64,000 bases of DNA, from NCBI GenBank assembly GCA_001643675.2, contig LSRY02000009.1, positions 434,001-498,000 on the forward strand. The letters are read 5' to 3'. Positions 49,980 through 61,900 of this stretch are shown one piece after another. The notes under the pieces were generated by a model that saw only the letters and a program-made list of their open reading frames with translations, searched no databases and was not told where the DNA came from. The translations under genes were made by a program, and so were the position numbers. The DNA is from Monocercomonoides exilis PA203. Lineage: Eukaryota; Protista; Preaxostyla. Numbering within the stretch: position 1 is the stretch's first letter; each line of letters begins with the position of its first letter.

Positions 49980-50800
49980 AAGAGGTTTTTGAGGAAAATG
50001 AAGAAGAAAGCGGAAAAATGAATAATTGAAGGAGTGAAAAAGCTATGCAAATGTTCCAATAATGTTTGAATGAGAGCTTTCTCGATCGTACAGCATAAGG
50101 GCAATCTCCAAACAGGAAAAGAGAGTGCTGTGTGAATATCATGCAACCACAAAACAGATGAAATGCAACTTTCTTCATTCATCAGACGGTTGATGGATAT
50201 ATCCTGTTTGATGATGAGTTTTAGTTATGTTAATGTTGTGTTTGAGAGCTGGAGAGGCGAGGAGACTATTGCAATGAACTTTCTGAAGCAAGATCTGATT
50301 GGTAATAAGGAAGCTCCTATTTAGGCAAAAAGAGTGAGGATTTTCTGTTTGTGTTGCCGATAATAAAAGATTTGTTGAATGTTAAGTCTTTTGATTTCAT
50401 TCTGTTTGAATGTGAAGTTAAAAAAGAGATTGCTCCAAATTCCAAGAGAAATATGATATTATGGTGCTTTTCTTTTTAAATGAAGACAAGCTGTCTGTAT
50501 TGAACTTTGGTTTAACATGGAAGCAGAAACAGTTAAACAAGTGTGAATTGGGCCGATGAATGATGGGAAGGAGGATGCTCAGGAGATACGTATGAAAATG
50601 CATCCATGGATGGATCGAAACATTTTTTTTCGTTGAACAATGCGACAGCCTTCAAGATAGCTTGCGAATATCGGTTTCAGGAGGATCAGAAGGAGGAAGA
50701 AGAGATTTGAAAGATGATGTGTTTCATGAAGGCATGGAAAAGAAGGAAATGAATATCGTCAATCCATCTTTGCAAACGAAGATGTTTGGAAGATTGTATA
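49980..50800 (+). mobile_element. Possible heavily decayed DIRS-like retrotransposon pol relic
   Basis: Faint motifs in the expected order: KKKAEK*II (cf. RT KKxGKWRLI), EGVKKL (cf. FKMEG), TSEARSDW (cf. RNase H TDAS..GW), MHPWMD..FSLNNA and IVNPS (cf. MT-like IDLFA..N / NPP). Many stops and frameshifts. Confidence 0.28.
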
Positions 50801-51974
50801 TGAAATGAAGAAAACAGTATCCGCTTCGCTTTCACAACTGCCTCAATAGATACTCTTGCTATCGCTCCAAAACTTCAGTGTTTCAATAGCGACTTACAAT
50901 AGAATCCAGCCAAATTTTTTGTGCAAAAGTGGCGTGTTCAGTTTCGTTGAAGAAGAATGCATATGAGAATGGATGAAGATGAAGAATTCTGTTTGGATAG
51001 GAAAGAGAGTCATCTTCTGGTTAATTAACAAGTCATTTCAATGCAGTTGATTGAATGAAAAAATTGCGGAAAGAGAAATGCATACGAATGAATTCTGCTG
51101 TCAAACATTCGTTCACAAATGTGTTACTTGTGATGCTTCACCTCGACTCAACATTTGAAAACAGATTTTCGATTTCTTGATATCAAAAACGATTTCTTTT
51201 TCACAAGTAAAAATTACTTCTTCATTTGTCAATTACATTTGCATGAGTTCCAAATCTCATTTTAATCTTTTCTTATCAATGTTTCAATTCTACACGCTGA
51301 TCACATTTTGTGAACACATTTTCTTCATCTTCCTCCTCTTCCTCCGTCCTTTTCAATTTTCTTTTAATCATCTGTATTTTCAATTATCCACTCAATCTCA
51401 TTTCCATTAATCATATTCTCTTTATTCAGGCTCTTCTTTCTCTTTCTCTTTCTCTTTCATTTTTCAATCAATCCTTTTCTTCTTTTTCCAATCCACTTCT
51501 CATTTTTTCCCGTTTCTTTCTTTTGTAAATTCCCTTCTTCTTCATTTATCTTTAATCTCTGATGCTGAGGCTAAAAAATGAAGAAATCGTTTCAAATAAA
51601 GCAGATGATGGTCAAGCTGCGGTTGTGTGATGTGATGTTGTTGTTTTGAAAAGAGGAAGAAGATGATTATATACAAATGAATTGAATAAAATGATTGAAA
51701 GTCGAGAATTGTGAAGAGAAATGTCTTCAAACAGCAAAAGAGAAGCAAGAAGAAATACTCTTCTTTTTCCATTTTGAAATATCATCTGGCGAATAAAAAC
51801 CTCTGACTCCTTTTCACATTTTGCAAAGCCCTCTCCATCTCAAAAATTAAAAATACAAATCATATGATAATCCCATTTTCTGTTTCACTCTTTCCTCATT
51901 TTCCATTTTTTTGTTCACTTTTTTCACTCAACTCGTCTTTCTTCCAAAAATAATTCTTCGTCTAAATCCAATAC

Positions 51975-52450
51975 CATAAATTCTTGCAACTTCTTCTCCT
52001 TCAGCATATACGTTTTGCCCATCCTTCACTTTCCTTTTCTGTCAATTCAATATTTTTCTTCTTCTCTCATTAAATTAATCAGTTTCTCGTTCTTTTAACA
52101 GTTAAAACAATGAAATTATCCAACATAAACTTTAAATGATGGCAGACCTTCATAATATATTTGAAAGCTTTTTTCATTATTTTGTAAAATTGGCCAAGCT
52201 TGTTTTCCTCCAACAGAAAATAATTATTCCTCCAATTTTTAACATCTTTGCAAGATAATTCGCCAAATGTCCTTTCCAACAGCCTTTTCACCCTCAAAGG
52301 AGTCGATTTCTGACTCTTCGATGAAAAGAAAGACTTTAATAATCTTTTCGATTCAATCATTTTTCACCGAAAGATTAAGCAGAATCAAATGCTCCTCCAA
52401 TATGTTAATCATATGCACGTTGACTCAACACTCACAGTCCGACTTTTTCT
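51975..52450 (-). pseudogene. Degraded cyclophilin (PPIase)-like sequence
   Basis: One frame reads EKVGL*VL...SFGEK*...DY*SLSFHRRVRNRLL*G* (cf. GRIVF...TGEKG...YKGSSFHRVIKNFMLQGG). Other frames give NNYFLLEENKLG (cf. DENFILKHDKPG) and KVKDGQNV (cf. KVKEGMNV). Confidence 0.5.
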
Positions 52451-52997
52451 GTTCTGAAAAGCGAAGACAACTCATTTGAAAAAAATGTCAAATTCACGAG
52501 TCTGAAAAAGATAGCGGATGTAAATATCTTCAAATTGAATAGAAATAAAAAAAGATACAACTAATTACAAACAAACATTTCGCATTTTTGTTGTTGTGTC
52601 TACTTTTGCCTCAAAATACAAAATGATTTAAATAATATCCATTTATCAATAATGTTTAATTCTTTGATTTTTCAAATATAGACAAAAAAGATAGCTTATT
52701 TTGTTGAAAATATTTTTTCTTCAATCCTCCTTTTTTTAATAAGAATTTTTATTCTTTAAAAAAGGTTTGATCAAAAAATCTATTTAAGCAAATCGAATTG
52801 GATAAAGTGTCAGTTTTCTATTTTTTCGTTTGCAAAAGATATTTGCAGGAAATAGGATGGTCTGGATGCGGTTGTTTTCAAGGCTGTTTTGAGTTTTTGT
52901 TTTTCGTTGGTTTCTTCCATCCTGCAAATTCGAATTCAAATAAATTGGCAATTTGGTGCTTCATTCTGAATGTGACACTTTTCAAAAATTGCAGGAT

Positions 52998-54419
52998 ATG
53001 CAGCTCACAGAAAAATTCACTGGCATGCAATTGTTGAAACAACAGACTTCATATTTTATTGCATTTTTTTTTTTCATTCAAGAATTATTTGAAGGACTTG
53101 AAGACTGCGATGAAATTGAACAGAAACAGAAAATCGAAGAAATGAATGAACAAATGGAAGAAATGAATAAAGATAAATTTGAGTCTGTATTTTCAGAAGA
53201 ATTGTTCAACAAAATTCACCAAATGATTGAAGAAGAGAAACTTTCGATGCGAAATGCAATTTTGTTGCTGAAACATGTTGGATATTGCAATGTTCTGAAA
53301 AGCATTTGGATTTGTAGTTTTAAAGAATCTCCGTTGAACAAAATATTTGAGAAGATGATTATTGAAGAAGAAAAGAAAAAAGAAGAAAAGGACGAAAAGC
53401 ATTTAGCTGATCTTTATGAATGCTTCATATCTTTGAGCTTCGATTTCCCACAAGGATTAATTTTAATGTGTGTATCTTGTCTTCTGAAAGTTGCATTGAA
53501 GAAAGAAGAAGATGAGGAAACACAAAAAGAAGTGGAAATGGCTCTTTTGGCATTGAGTTGCATTTACTCACATTATGTTTAAACATTTTTATTTTATTTT
53601 GAACGTTTTTGAATTTCTTTTTTTCTTTCTTTCTTTCTTTCTTTTTCTGATTAGGAAATTGAACAAAAACAGTATTTGAATGAAATCAAAGAAATAATCC
53701 AGTATCATCAGGAACATCACAATCTGACACGGCTTGCCTATCTGTATGCTTGGGAGTTTTTGATTTTTAGATTGGACACTGACAAAAGCCTGAATGAAGT
53801 GATTGTGAATGAGCTGTATTTTGGAAGAGAAGCAAGAAGAGAACTGAAAGAACTGTCAAAATGTGTGGATTGGAAGAGAAAAGAAGAAAGAAGAGGAGAA
53901 AAAGAAGGGAAAGAAGAATATATTTTAATTGAAGGGCTTCAATGTTTGGAGCATTTTTTTCTCTTTTGCCAATCGAGGATAGATGAATCTGTCGAACTTA
54001 TCAGCAGCATTACTCAGATCTATCGAGCAGCAACAGATAATAGGGAAGACATTGGTGTGAAATGCCTTTATTTGCTTATAAGAACAGCTGATAATGAATC
54101 TATGGAGGTTGAAGATATGTTGAAAGGGGGAGCTGTTGATGCTGTTTTGGAAGGGCTTCAGAGGCACACGTTTAAGGGCAAAATGGCATATGAAAGCTTG
54201 GTATTTTTAATGCATTTTTCAAGGAAATTGAAAGAAAAGGAGTCTGACACGGCTGAAGAAGACAAAAGAAAGAAGATTAAAATGGAGATATTCGAAAAGA
54301 TGGAGGAAGAAGGATACGAAGATTGCATTGAGAGTTTTCATAAAAAATTGTATTTTCTTAACAGTAGGTTTTATTTTGAAATATCATTGAACGTTTCTGA
54401 TTATTTTGTGAATGCTTGA
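52998..54419 (+). CDS. Lineage-specific Glu/Lys-rich all-helical (ARM-like) protein, probably from a multicopy family (about 427 aa)
   Basis: ATG 52998; probable GC-AG intron 53023-53082; GTTTAA..AG intron 53577-53654 joins the two ORFs in frame. EKFT|ELF..LEDC..EQKQKIEEMN and ETQKEVEMALLALS resemble an expanded oxymonad family (recalled, not searched). Confidence 0.78.
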
Positions 54420-54980
54420 GGAAATGGGGCTCTTTTCATTTTGTTTCTCTGAATTTATATTTTTTCTTTCTTTCTTTCTTCTTCTTCTTTTTTTCGTTAT
54501 GAAATCGAAGGCTGTCCATTTTTCTAAGCACGAACATGTTTTTTATCTTGAATTGGAAGGGAAAATTCAAATGAAGTGTGATTGAGAAATGGTCCATCGG
54601 CACTGACTGGTGGAAGCACATCTTTTTCTATCACTCGCATGGACTTATTGAAAAATGAATGATTGTATCGAATAAAAATGGATAAGTACTTCTTTAAAAA
54701 AACCAGAATTATCGAAAAAATAAATAAATAAAATACTTGTTATAATATAAAAGTTTTGAAAAAATGAATTAATATCAATAATTCTTCGAATCATTACAAT
54801 TTCAATTTTTATATAGGATTAAAAACCACTCAAGATTTTTGACAAACTTATTTATTTTCAGATTTGAAAAAAAATTAAAAAAAGGTATCTAAAAACGAGA
54901 AGTTCTTTTTCTTTTTCGAAAATAACGATACATCACTCATCGTTTTAATTTCATTTGTTTTTATTTATTTTTCTTTATTT

Positions 54981-56989
54981 TTATTTGAAGAAAGACAGTA
55001 GCCCTGTCTTTTTCTGTGTCGATCCCGGGAAGTTCGCATGTGTCAGCGCCAAGTCAAACAGGATGGGCTTCGACGGAGCAACCTCTGGCTGCACCGAGAA
55101 CTGGAGGGACAGATGCTTCGGGACAGTCAGAGGAGTCGACGTCAAGCTGAGCTGGCGGATACGCTGGGCAGAGAGCTGCGGGTAGAACGAGAGCGGATAT
55201 TGCTCAAGGGGAACACGCACCATCAGGTCGTGGAGTGTCTGCGAAGCTGAGCTGCTTCCTGGTGTTGCTTGCTTTTTCGCTGCTGCTGACAATCCTTTGG
55301 ACTCCAACCGCTCAGCCAGTGCTGCCAGCTCAGACAGCTCTCGCGCATTGAACTCGGTGGAGACTATGGCATACTCTTGCTGGATGCGCGTGGAGGCATC
55401 AGAAGCACGCACAAACTGCAGGGAACGCTGCAGAAACTCAGAGGGGTCGAAGAGAATGGAAGAAGAGGAAGAGGAAGAGGAAGATGATGATGATGATTTG
55501 TTGTCTTTTGATGAGGTATTTGAAGGATTTTCAGCATTCCACAGCTTCGACGCCTCGTCCAGAAGACGCCGACTGCGCTGCAAAAGAGAATGTGACCGAA
55601 TGTAAATGGAGGCTGAGGAAGAAAACAGAGAAAAGTGGAAAATTAAAATAAGAAAGAAGGAAAGAAGGAAAGAAAGAGATAGATAGAGAAATAAAATGAA
55701 AAGGATATGAAAATAAAGAAATAAAAGACTCAAAAAAGCAAAAAAGCATAAAAAAAAGAAAAGAAAAGAAAAGAAAAGAAAAGAAAAGAAAAGAAAAGAA
55801 AAGAAAAGAAAAGAAAGAAAGAAAGATTTTCTTAAACATTTCAAAAAAAAGAAAGATAAATATTTAGTAAATTTTTCACAAACTTTTGCTTTTCTCTTTC
55901 TTCTTGTCATCTTTACTCTCACCCTTTCCTTCTCCCTTTTTCCCTTCTCCCTTCTCCTTCTCCTTCTCCTTCTTCTGCATCATCTGGGGGAGTATCTGAT
56001 GAGTCATATGCATCTTCGCCAAATAGCAGCATCTGACTGCTCTGAAATACATCGCCATGATCTGTGGCAACGAAGACACCAGCGATTTATCAGGAATCAA
56101 TTGAAGAGAAGAAGAAGAAGAGGAAGAAGATCCAACAGAAGAAGCACGTTTCGCAAACACATTCGCGTTGAACTCTGTCACATCAGCCAAAGCTCCTGTG
56201 GCTTCAGAGACAGATTCGCAGTGCGCAATGAACTGCCTCAGAAGCGAAGACGAAGGAGTAAAAGAGAATTTCAAGCAGACAAGCTCTTCGGCTTCACGCT
56301 GCAGTGGAGGCAGCGTCTTCCTCTCACTCTCAGACATCACAACTGTCTTCCATTTGTCTGAAGCAGAAGAAGAGGAAGAAGAAGATGATGATGACGAAGA
56401 AGAAGAAGAAGGTACAGAAGAAGAAGAAGCCACCGCTTCTCCAGCGTTCTCAGCCTCCTTTGCAGCCGCCAATGACAGTCTGACTGTAGCAGCGCGTGCT
56501 TCAGCGAGCTTCGCACTTGACTGAGTCAGCACACCATACATCCTCATCACATCTGCTATTTTGATGTCTCTCGTCGCTTTCTCCATTCGCACTCTGCTCT
56601 GATTGCTGCTGTTGGAACCTGCTCCTCCACTGCCTCCTCCTCCTCTTTTGGAACCAGAGGAAGACGATTGGGAATCTTTGCCTTTCTTTTTCGACTTGTC
56701 TGAAGAAGAAGCTGATGCTGAAGCAGAAGCAGAAGAAGAAGAAGAGCCACTTTTCTCCTTTATGACCTTTTTGTATGTGATTTTGTGTTTGATGCCTGAG
56801 AACAGCTCAGCCAGAGCCGGGAACATGAGAGGGGGTCTGTTCTCTTTGTCAGTCACAGTCACTGCATATGTCTCAGCCACAATCAGATTGTGCAGAAAAG
56901 ACGCCTCCTGCTGCTGCACACGGAGGAAGTCCTAATGGGATAGGAGGGGGGGGGGATGAGATATGAAAATAAATAATATAATTTATCAA

Positions 56990-57060
<71 letters not shown>

Positions 57061-57222
57061 AAAGAAAAGAAGAAAAGAAAAGATAATATAATGTGATATA
57101 ATGATTTGAAATGTTGTTGTTTATTGGTCAATTTATTGGACAATAAATGAAGGTTTATAAGGATATTTTGTGTCAATGTTAATAATCAGATACAAAATAC
57201 ATTCAATACAAATAAATAAAAG

Positions 57223-57292
<70 letters not shown>

Positions 57293-58797
57293 TATATTTT
57301 TCATTAAGTACAAATAAATAAACCATCCACACCTTCAGAATCGCAAATTCAATAGAGTTGCTCTTCATTCTCGACTTCGAGTAAACGCGATGCAATGTTG
57401 TGAGTGCAATGTTAACTGCCTTCTCACACTTGTCAAATGCCCTCGTTGCCTGCACAAACGGGTCCACTGCCACAGACGTCGAGGAAGAAAGCGAAGAGGA
57501 AGGAAGAGTCGAAGAAGAGGAGGAAGTTGACAAGGAAGAAGAAGAAGAAGAAGTGCCTGAACGAGAGGGTGACATTGAGGAAGAAGGCGATGCAGATGAT
57601 GGTGAATGCATCAGATGGCGCGTTTTGCTATCACTTCTCTCGCTCTTCCTGCCCGTCCTCACAGCATCCCCATCCTCCCCATCCTCCTCCTCCTCCTTTG
57701 CTCCTTCTTTGCCTCCCTCACTTCCCGAACTGCCTTCTCCTTCATCATAGTGCTTCGGGCTTTTTCCGGTGATTCGTTCATCGATGTTTGCTTTTCTTCC
57801 GCCGAATGTGCGCAGAACAGTTTCTATTTCAGCCACTGTAGTCAACACTCTCTGCATCGTCTTCCGCACCTGATCGTTCTTCAGAGGCACCACTTGCCCT
57901 GCCCACTCAATCTCCTCCAAATGCCTGACCTGCTTCTTGCGCTTCTCGTCTGCCACTGCCTGCACTTCTCGGCTGTACTCATCGTACTCATCAGGATCAA
58001 CTTCATATTTCAAGAAGTCAGCCAGCGTTGGCAATGTTCGCGATAACTCAGAAAACTTCACTTTCGCTTGCTGTTGCAAGAAACGATGGCAATTTCTGTT
58101 TTAAAAAAATAATCAATATTTTTATTTGAAAGGGGAAAAAATCAACAAAAAAATCACGTACTGAAGTCTTGGTTCGATATCAGACAGTAATCTAGCGATA
58201 TAATCTCTGTGTGAATGGTTTCCAATATCTTGAAATGCAACGATGTAGGCTCTTGTACGAAGAAATGATGACAATGCCTCTTCCCAATTGTTCGTTTTAA
58301 TATAATAATTTCCGGATATCCATCCATAATAAGCTTTTGCTTCAACTAAAGTCTCTTTGTCAGCACAACTCTCGCATAAGGTTAATAATTCATGAGCATG
58401 CTGTTGTGCTTTCTTATAATGCTTCATTGCGTGCATTGTTTTGCGTGAATCATTTTCTGTATTTTCTTTCGTTAGTTGTTCAGCGCTTGCCCATGATCGC
58501 TCACATAAAAGCAGCACAATTTCGATAAATCGAGCGTCTTTCACCACTTCGGGTGTAACTTCCTTCTTAACAAATTTTCCCTTTCCATTTGTTAAGCGAA
58601 CTTGTTTCCTTAAGTGATGCAATCTTGCAGAGCAAGAATCCCTAATATAATGATTTAAAAAAACAACATGCAAAAATGCTTCTTCACAGTGAAACAAACC
58701 AATATGTCTTGTAATCTTTTAACGCTCTAATGCTTGCTCTATCCTGGTGCGATTGAATCACAGGAAAGATATCAAGATGGATGTGATTTTCAGACAT
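54981..58797 (-). CDS. SRP68: Signal recognition particle subunit SRP68 (about 1009 aa, with low-complexity insertions)
   Basis: Exons 58797-58700, 58641-58162, 58095-57324, 56931-55884 and 55612-54981 join in frame. DYKTYW..CSARLHHLRK, LLLCERSWA, LVEAKAY, IEPRLQNC, IEWAG and C-terminal PSKPILFDLALTHANFP...GLLSFF match SRP68 hallmarks. Confidence 0.92.
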
Positions 58798-58980
58798 GTC
58801 GATTAAATGCTTAAGGTTTGGATCATTTTTCATCTGTTCATCAGTTAATAAATCTCAAAGAACAAATGATTATTTAAATTTTTTTCATGTATTTTGAAAC
58901 TTTTTATATGATAACCATTCTTTTATTATTTCATTTCTGCTTTTTTTGAAGTATTAAAAACTTCAAACGTTTTTCTTTTC
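58798..58980. promoter_or_regulatory. Putative bidirectional promoter region (183 bp) between SRP68 and the beta-helix gene
   Basis: Inferred from head-to-head ATGs at 58797 (-) and 58981 (+). Confidence 0.45.
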
Positions 58981-61900
58981 ATGGAAATATGCCTTTTGCT
59001 ATTGATACAATTTATTGTCTTTACGCTTTGTGAAGAACATGAAAATACTAAATCAAACAATTGCTTTGAAAATGAATTTTTCACGGTTTGTGGCTGTTGT
59101 TGAAAATAAACCACTGTTAATTAATATATAAAAACAATTTTTGCTTTTTAACAATGTTATAGTTTTCCAGAAATTCCACCTTGCTGAAGAGTTTGTTAAA
59201 TATCAAAAATTCAACTTTTGAAGTTGATTGCATTATGATGGAAAGCTTCAGTTCTTCTGCTATTTTGATTGCACAAGTGAATAGCACTGTAAAAGTCTGT
59301 TCATCAGTTTTGCATCAAGGCTGTAAAGCGAACCAGTCTCCAATTCAAAGTTTAGGAGGGTACTTGTTTTTTATTAACTTCTCACTTCAAGCAACACTTC
59401 CTAAAAAGATTGTACCGTCACTTATAAACTCTCCGTTTTTGTTTGCTCCTTCTTCAAATTCTTTATATTCTTTTGGAAATATTGAAGTTATTTCAACGAA
59501 ATTATCATCGTTGATTCTTTCAAATGCTCCATTATTTCAATCTCATTTGATCGCTTCTTTATTGGTAAAGCATTCATCTTTCCAAAATTTCACTTCATCT
59601 CGAAAGAACATTTGCTCCATTTCACGACGGACATCACATTTCTATTCCTGCTTTCACTCTTCGTTATTTTCTTCATCTGATAATGTCTATTACGGAGGAA
59701 TTGTTACTTCCATCAACACTCCATTTCATTCACTCACTTCATTTAACAACACTTTTCATCATTGCTCGAGAAGCAGCAATGAAAATAAGGAGGAAATAGG
59801 CACTGAACTTTCGCCAATATCAATAACAGTACGCCAAATTCCATCAGCCGGAAACCACAAATTTGAATGGTGCGAATTCAAAGAAATGTCTTCTGACATA
59901 GCACCAGGAGCTGCAATGTCAGCAACCACAACAAACGATGATATCACAATCACGTCCTGTTCGTTCCAGCAGTGCCAAACAAAAGATGTGGGTGGTGCTT
60001 TGGATCTGCGGAATCTGGACTCTACCGAAATAACAGAAACCTTATTTGAGCAATGCAGTTCTGCTGGTGGCGGAGGGATTTATTTCTATGCAGCTGCATT
60101 GACAGAAAGATGCATACTTACAAGCAATAACTTTACATCATGCAACGTGGCAGAAGGAGGAGGAACTGCTGTTTTATTTGACATTTCTCTCTTTTCATCG
60201 CGCGGAGAATTCATAGTCAGTGAATGCCAGCTGAGTCAGAACGCAGGCGATGACGCATACGGTTCTTTATGCTTCAGTGAGCTTCCAACAGCAAGACCTG
60301 CGCAGTTTTCTGTGAGGAACACGAAATTCGACCAAAATCAGCTGACCTCCACCGAAGGAGCAAAAGGCGGAGCAGGCATTTTTGTGGGTGTAATGCAAAG
60401 TTGGATGAGCAGCGAGCCGATTTTCCTTCAATGTGTGTTTGATGGAAATGTCGCAGCAAATGGGAAAGGGAACGATGCGATGTTTGAATCAGGCCCCATC
60501 CCAGCAGCACCTCCGTTCAGCGACTGCTACTCAACCACACAACGCAATCGCATCTGGATCAACGGGACATCCGAAATCGATGAGTTCAACGACTGGCTGC
60601 CGCTGCAGGCGATGATAGTGGGCAACGACGGGGCAGATGAGACTAACTGCGGAAGCTCAGAAGCTAATGCATGTCTGACAATTGAGCATGCAATGGAAAA
60701 TCTTGAGACTGTTTATGAGGGAAGAATCCGCCTTCTGGCATCGACATTCAAGCCGGCACGAAAATTAGAAGTGGACACAGATGATTTAAGCATAAAGGGA
60801 AGCGGCATTGCGCAAAGTATTATATCTTCAGAGCTTATAACTGCAGGTTCATTGTTTTCTGTATCAGCCAGGTTGTTAGATTTGAGCTCTCTTGACATCT
60901 TGCTCAGTTCTAAAGAAGACATCTTCATTTTCCAGATGACAGACGAAGCTGGCTCTCTTATGCTGAAGAAAGTGTCGCTGTATTCGAGCACCACCACGCT
61001 TGTTGGGTATTCGGTTCCTGCAATGCAGATGAAGGGAACAGTCACCATGCAATCCTGCACTGTTAATTCATTCACTTTTAATGATTCGTCTCTTTTCTCT
61101 GTAGAATCGCCTGTTGTTGTTAACATTGCAAATACCACATTCAGTGCTGTTGTGCGAGTGATCGGGAGCGGGTCTGTGTTTGCTCATACGCTTTCTGCAG
61201 GAGACAAGCTGACCATCGAAAACTGCACATTCAAAGACTGCAAAGCTGAAAGTGCTGGAGGCGCTGTTTGGTTCCAAAATGCAGGAGGTGAAATTGCATT
61301 CACAGATCTTTCAATTGTGAATTGCAATGTCACTGGAGCTGATAGCAAAGGAGGAGGGATATTTATCGAAGTCAGCGAAAGTGGTACACTTAAAATCAAC
61401 AACTTGGAAGTCACAAACTGCAACTCAGCAGAAGGCAGTGGTGGCGGGCTGCATATTTCTGTTAATGAAAGCGGCACATGCTCAATTGAGACTGCTGTTA
61501 TTGATACTTGTACTGGTAAGACAGAAGGCGGAGGAGCGAAGATTGCGCTGGGTGGAGATTCCTCTGCAACGATTCGGAAAATGCAGATAAAAAACTGCAA
61601 AGTGTCTGAACGGAGCAGCATCGGTGGAGGAATAGCAATCGCATTAAATGATACCAGCAAATGCGAAATAAATGCTTCTTTGACATCGTGCTCGTCTCCA
61701 CAAGGAAGCAGTGGAGGAATAAGTGCTTCCATCAACAATGAGGCCGAGCTGTGTTTGAGCGGGTGCCAGATGAGCTCATGTGTTGCAGGCGCGGTTGGAG
61801 GAGGAATTTCAGTCGAAGTGGCGCAGAATGGGCTGCTTGTTGTGAATGAATCGAGCTTCAAGATGTGCACTGCCTCTCTTTCTGAAGGGAAAGGAGGCGG

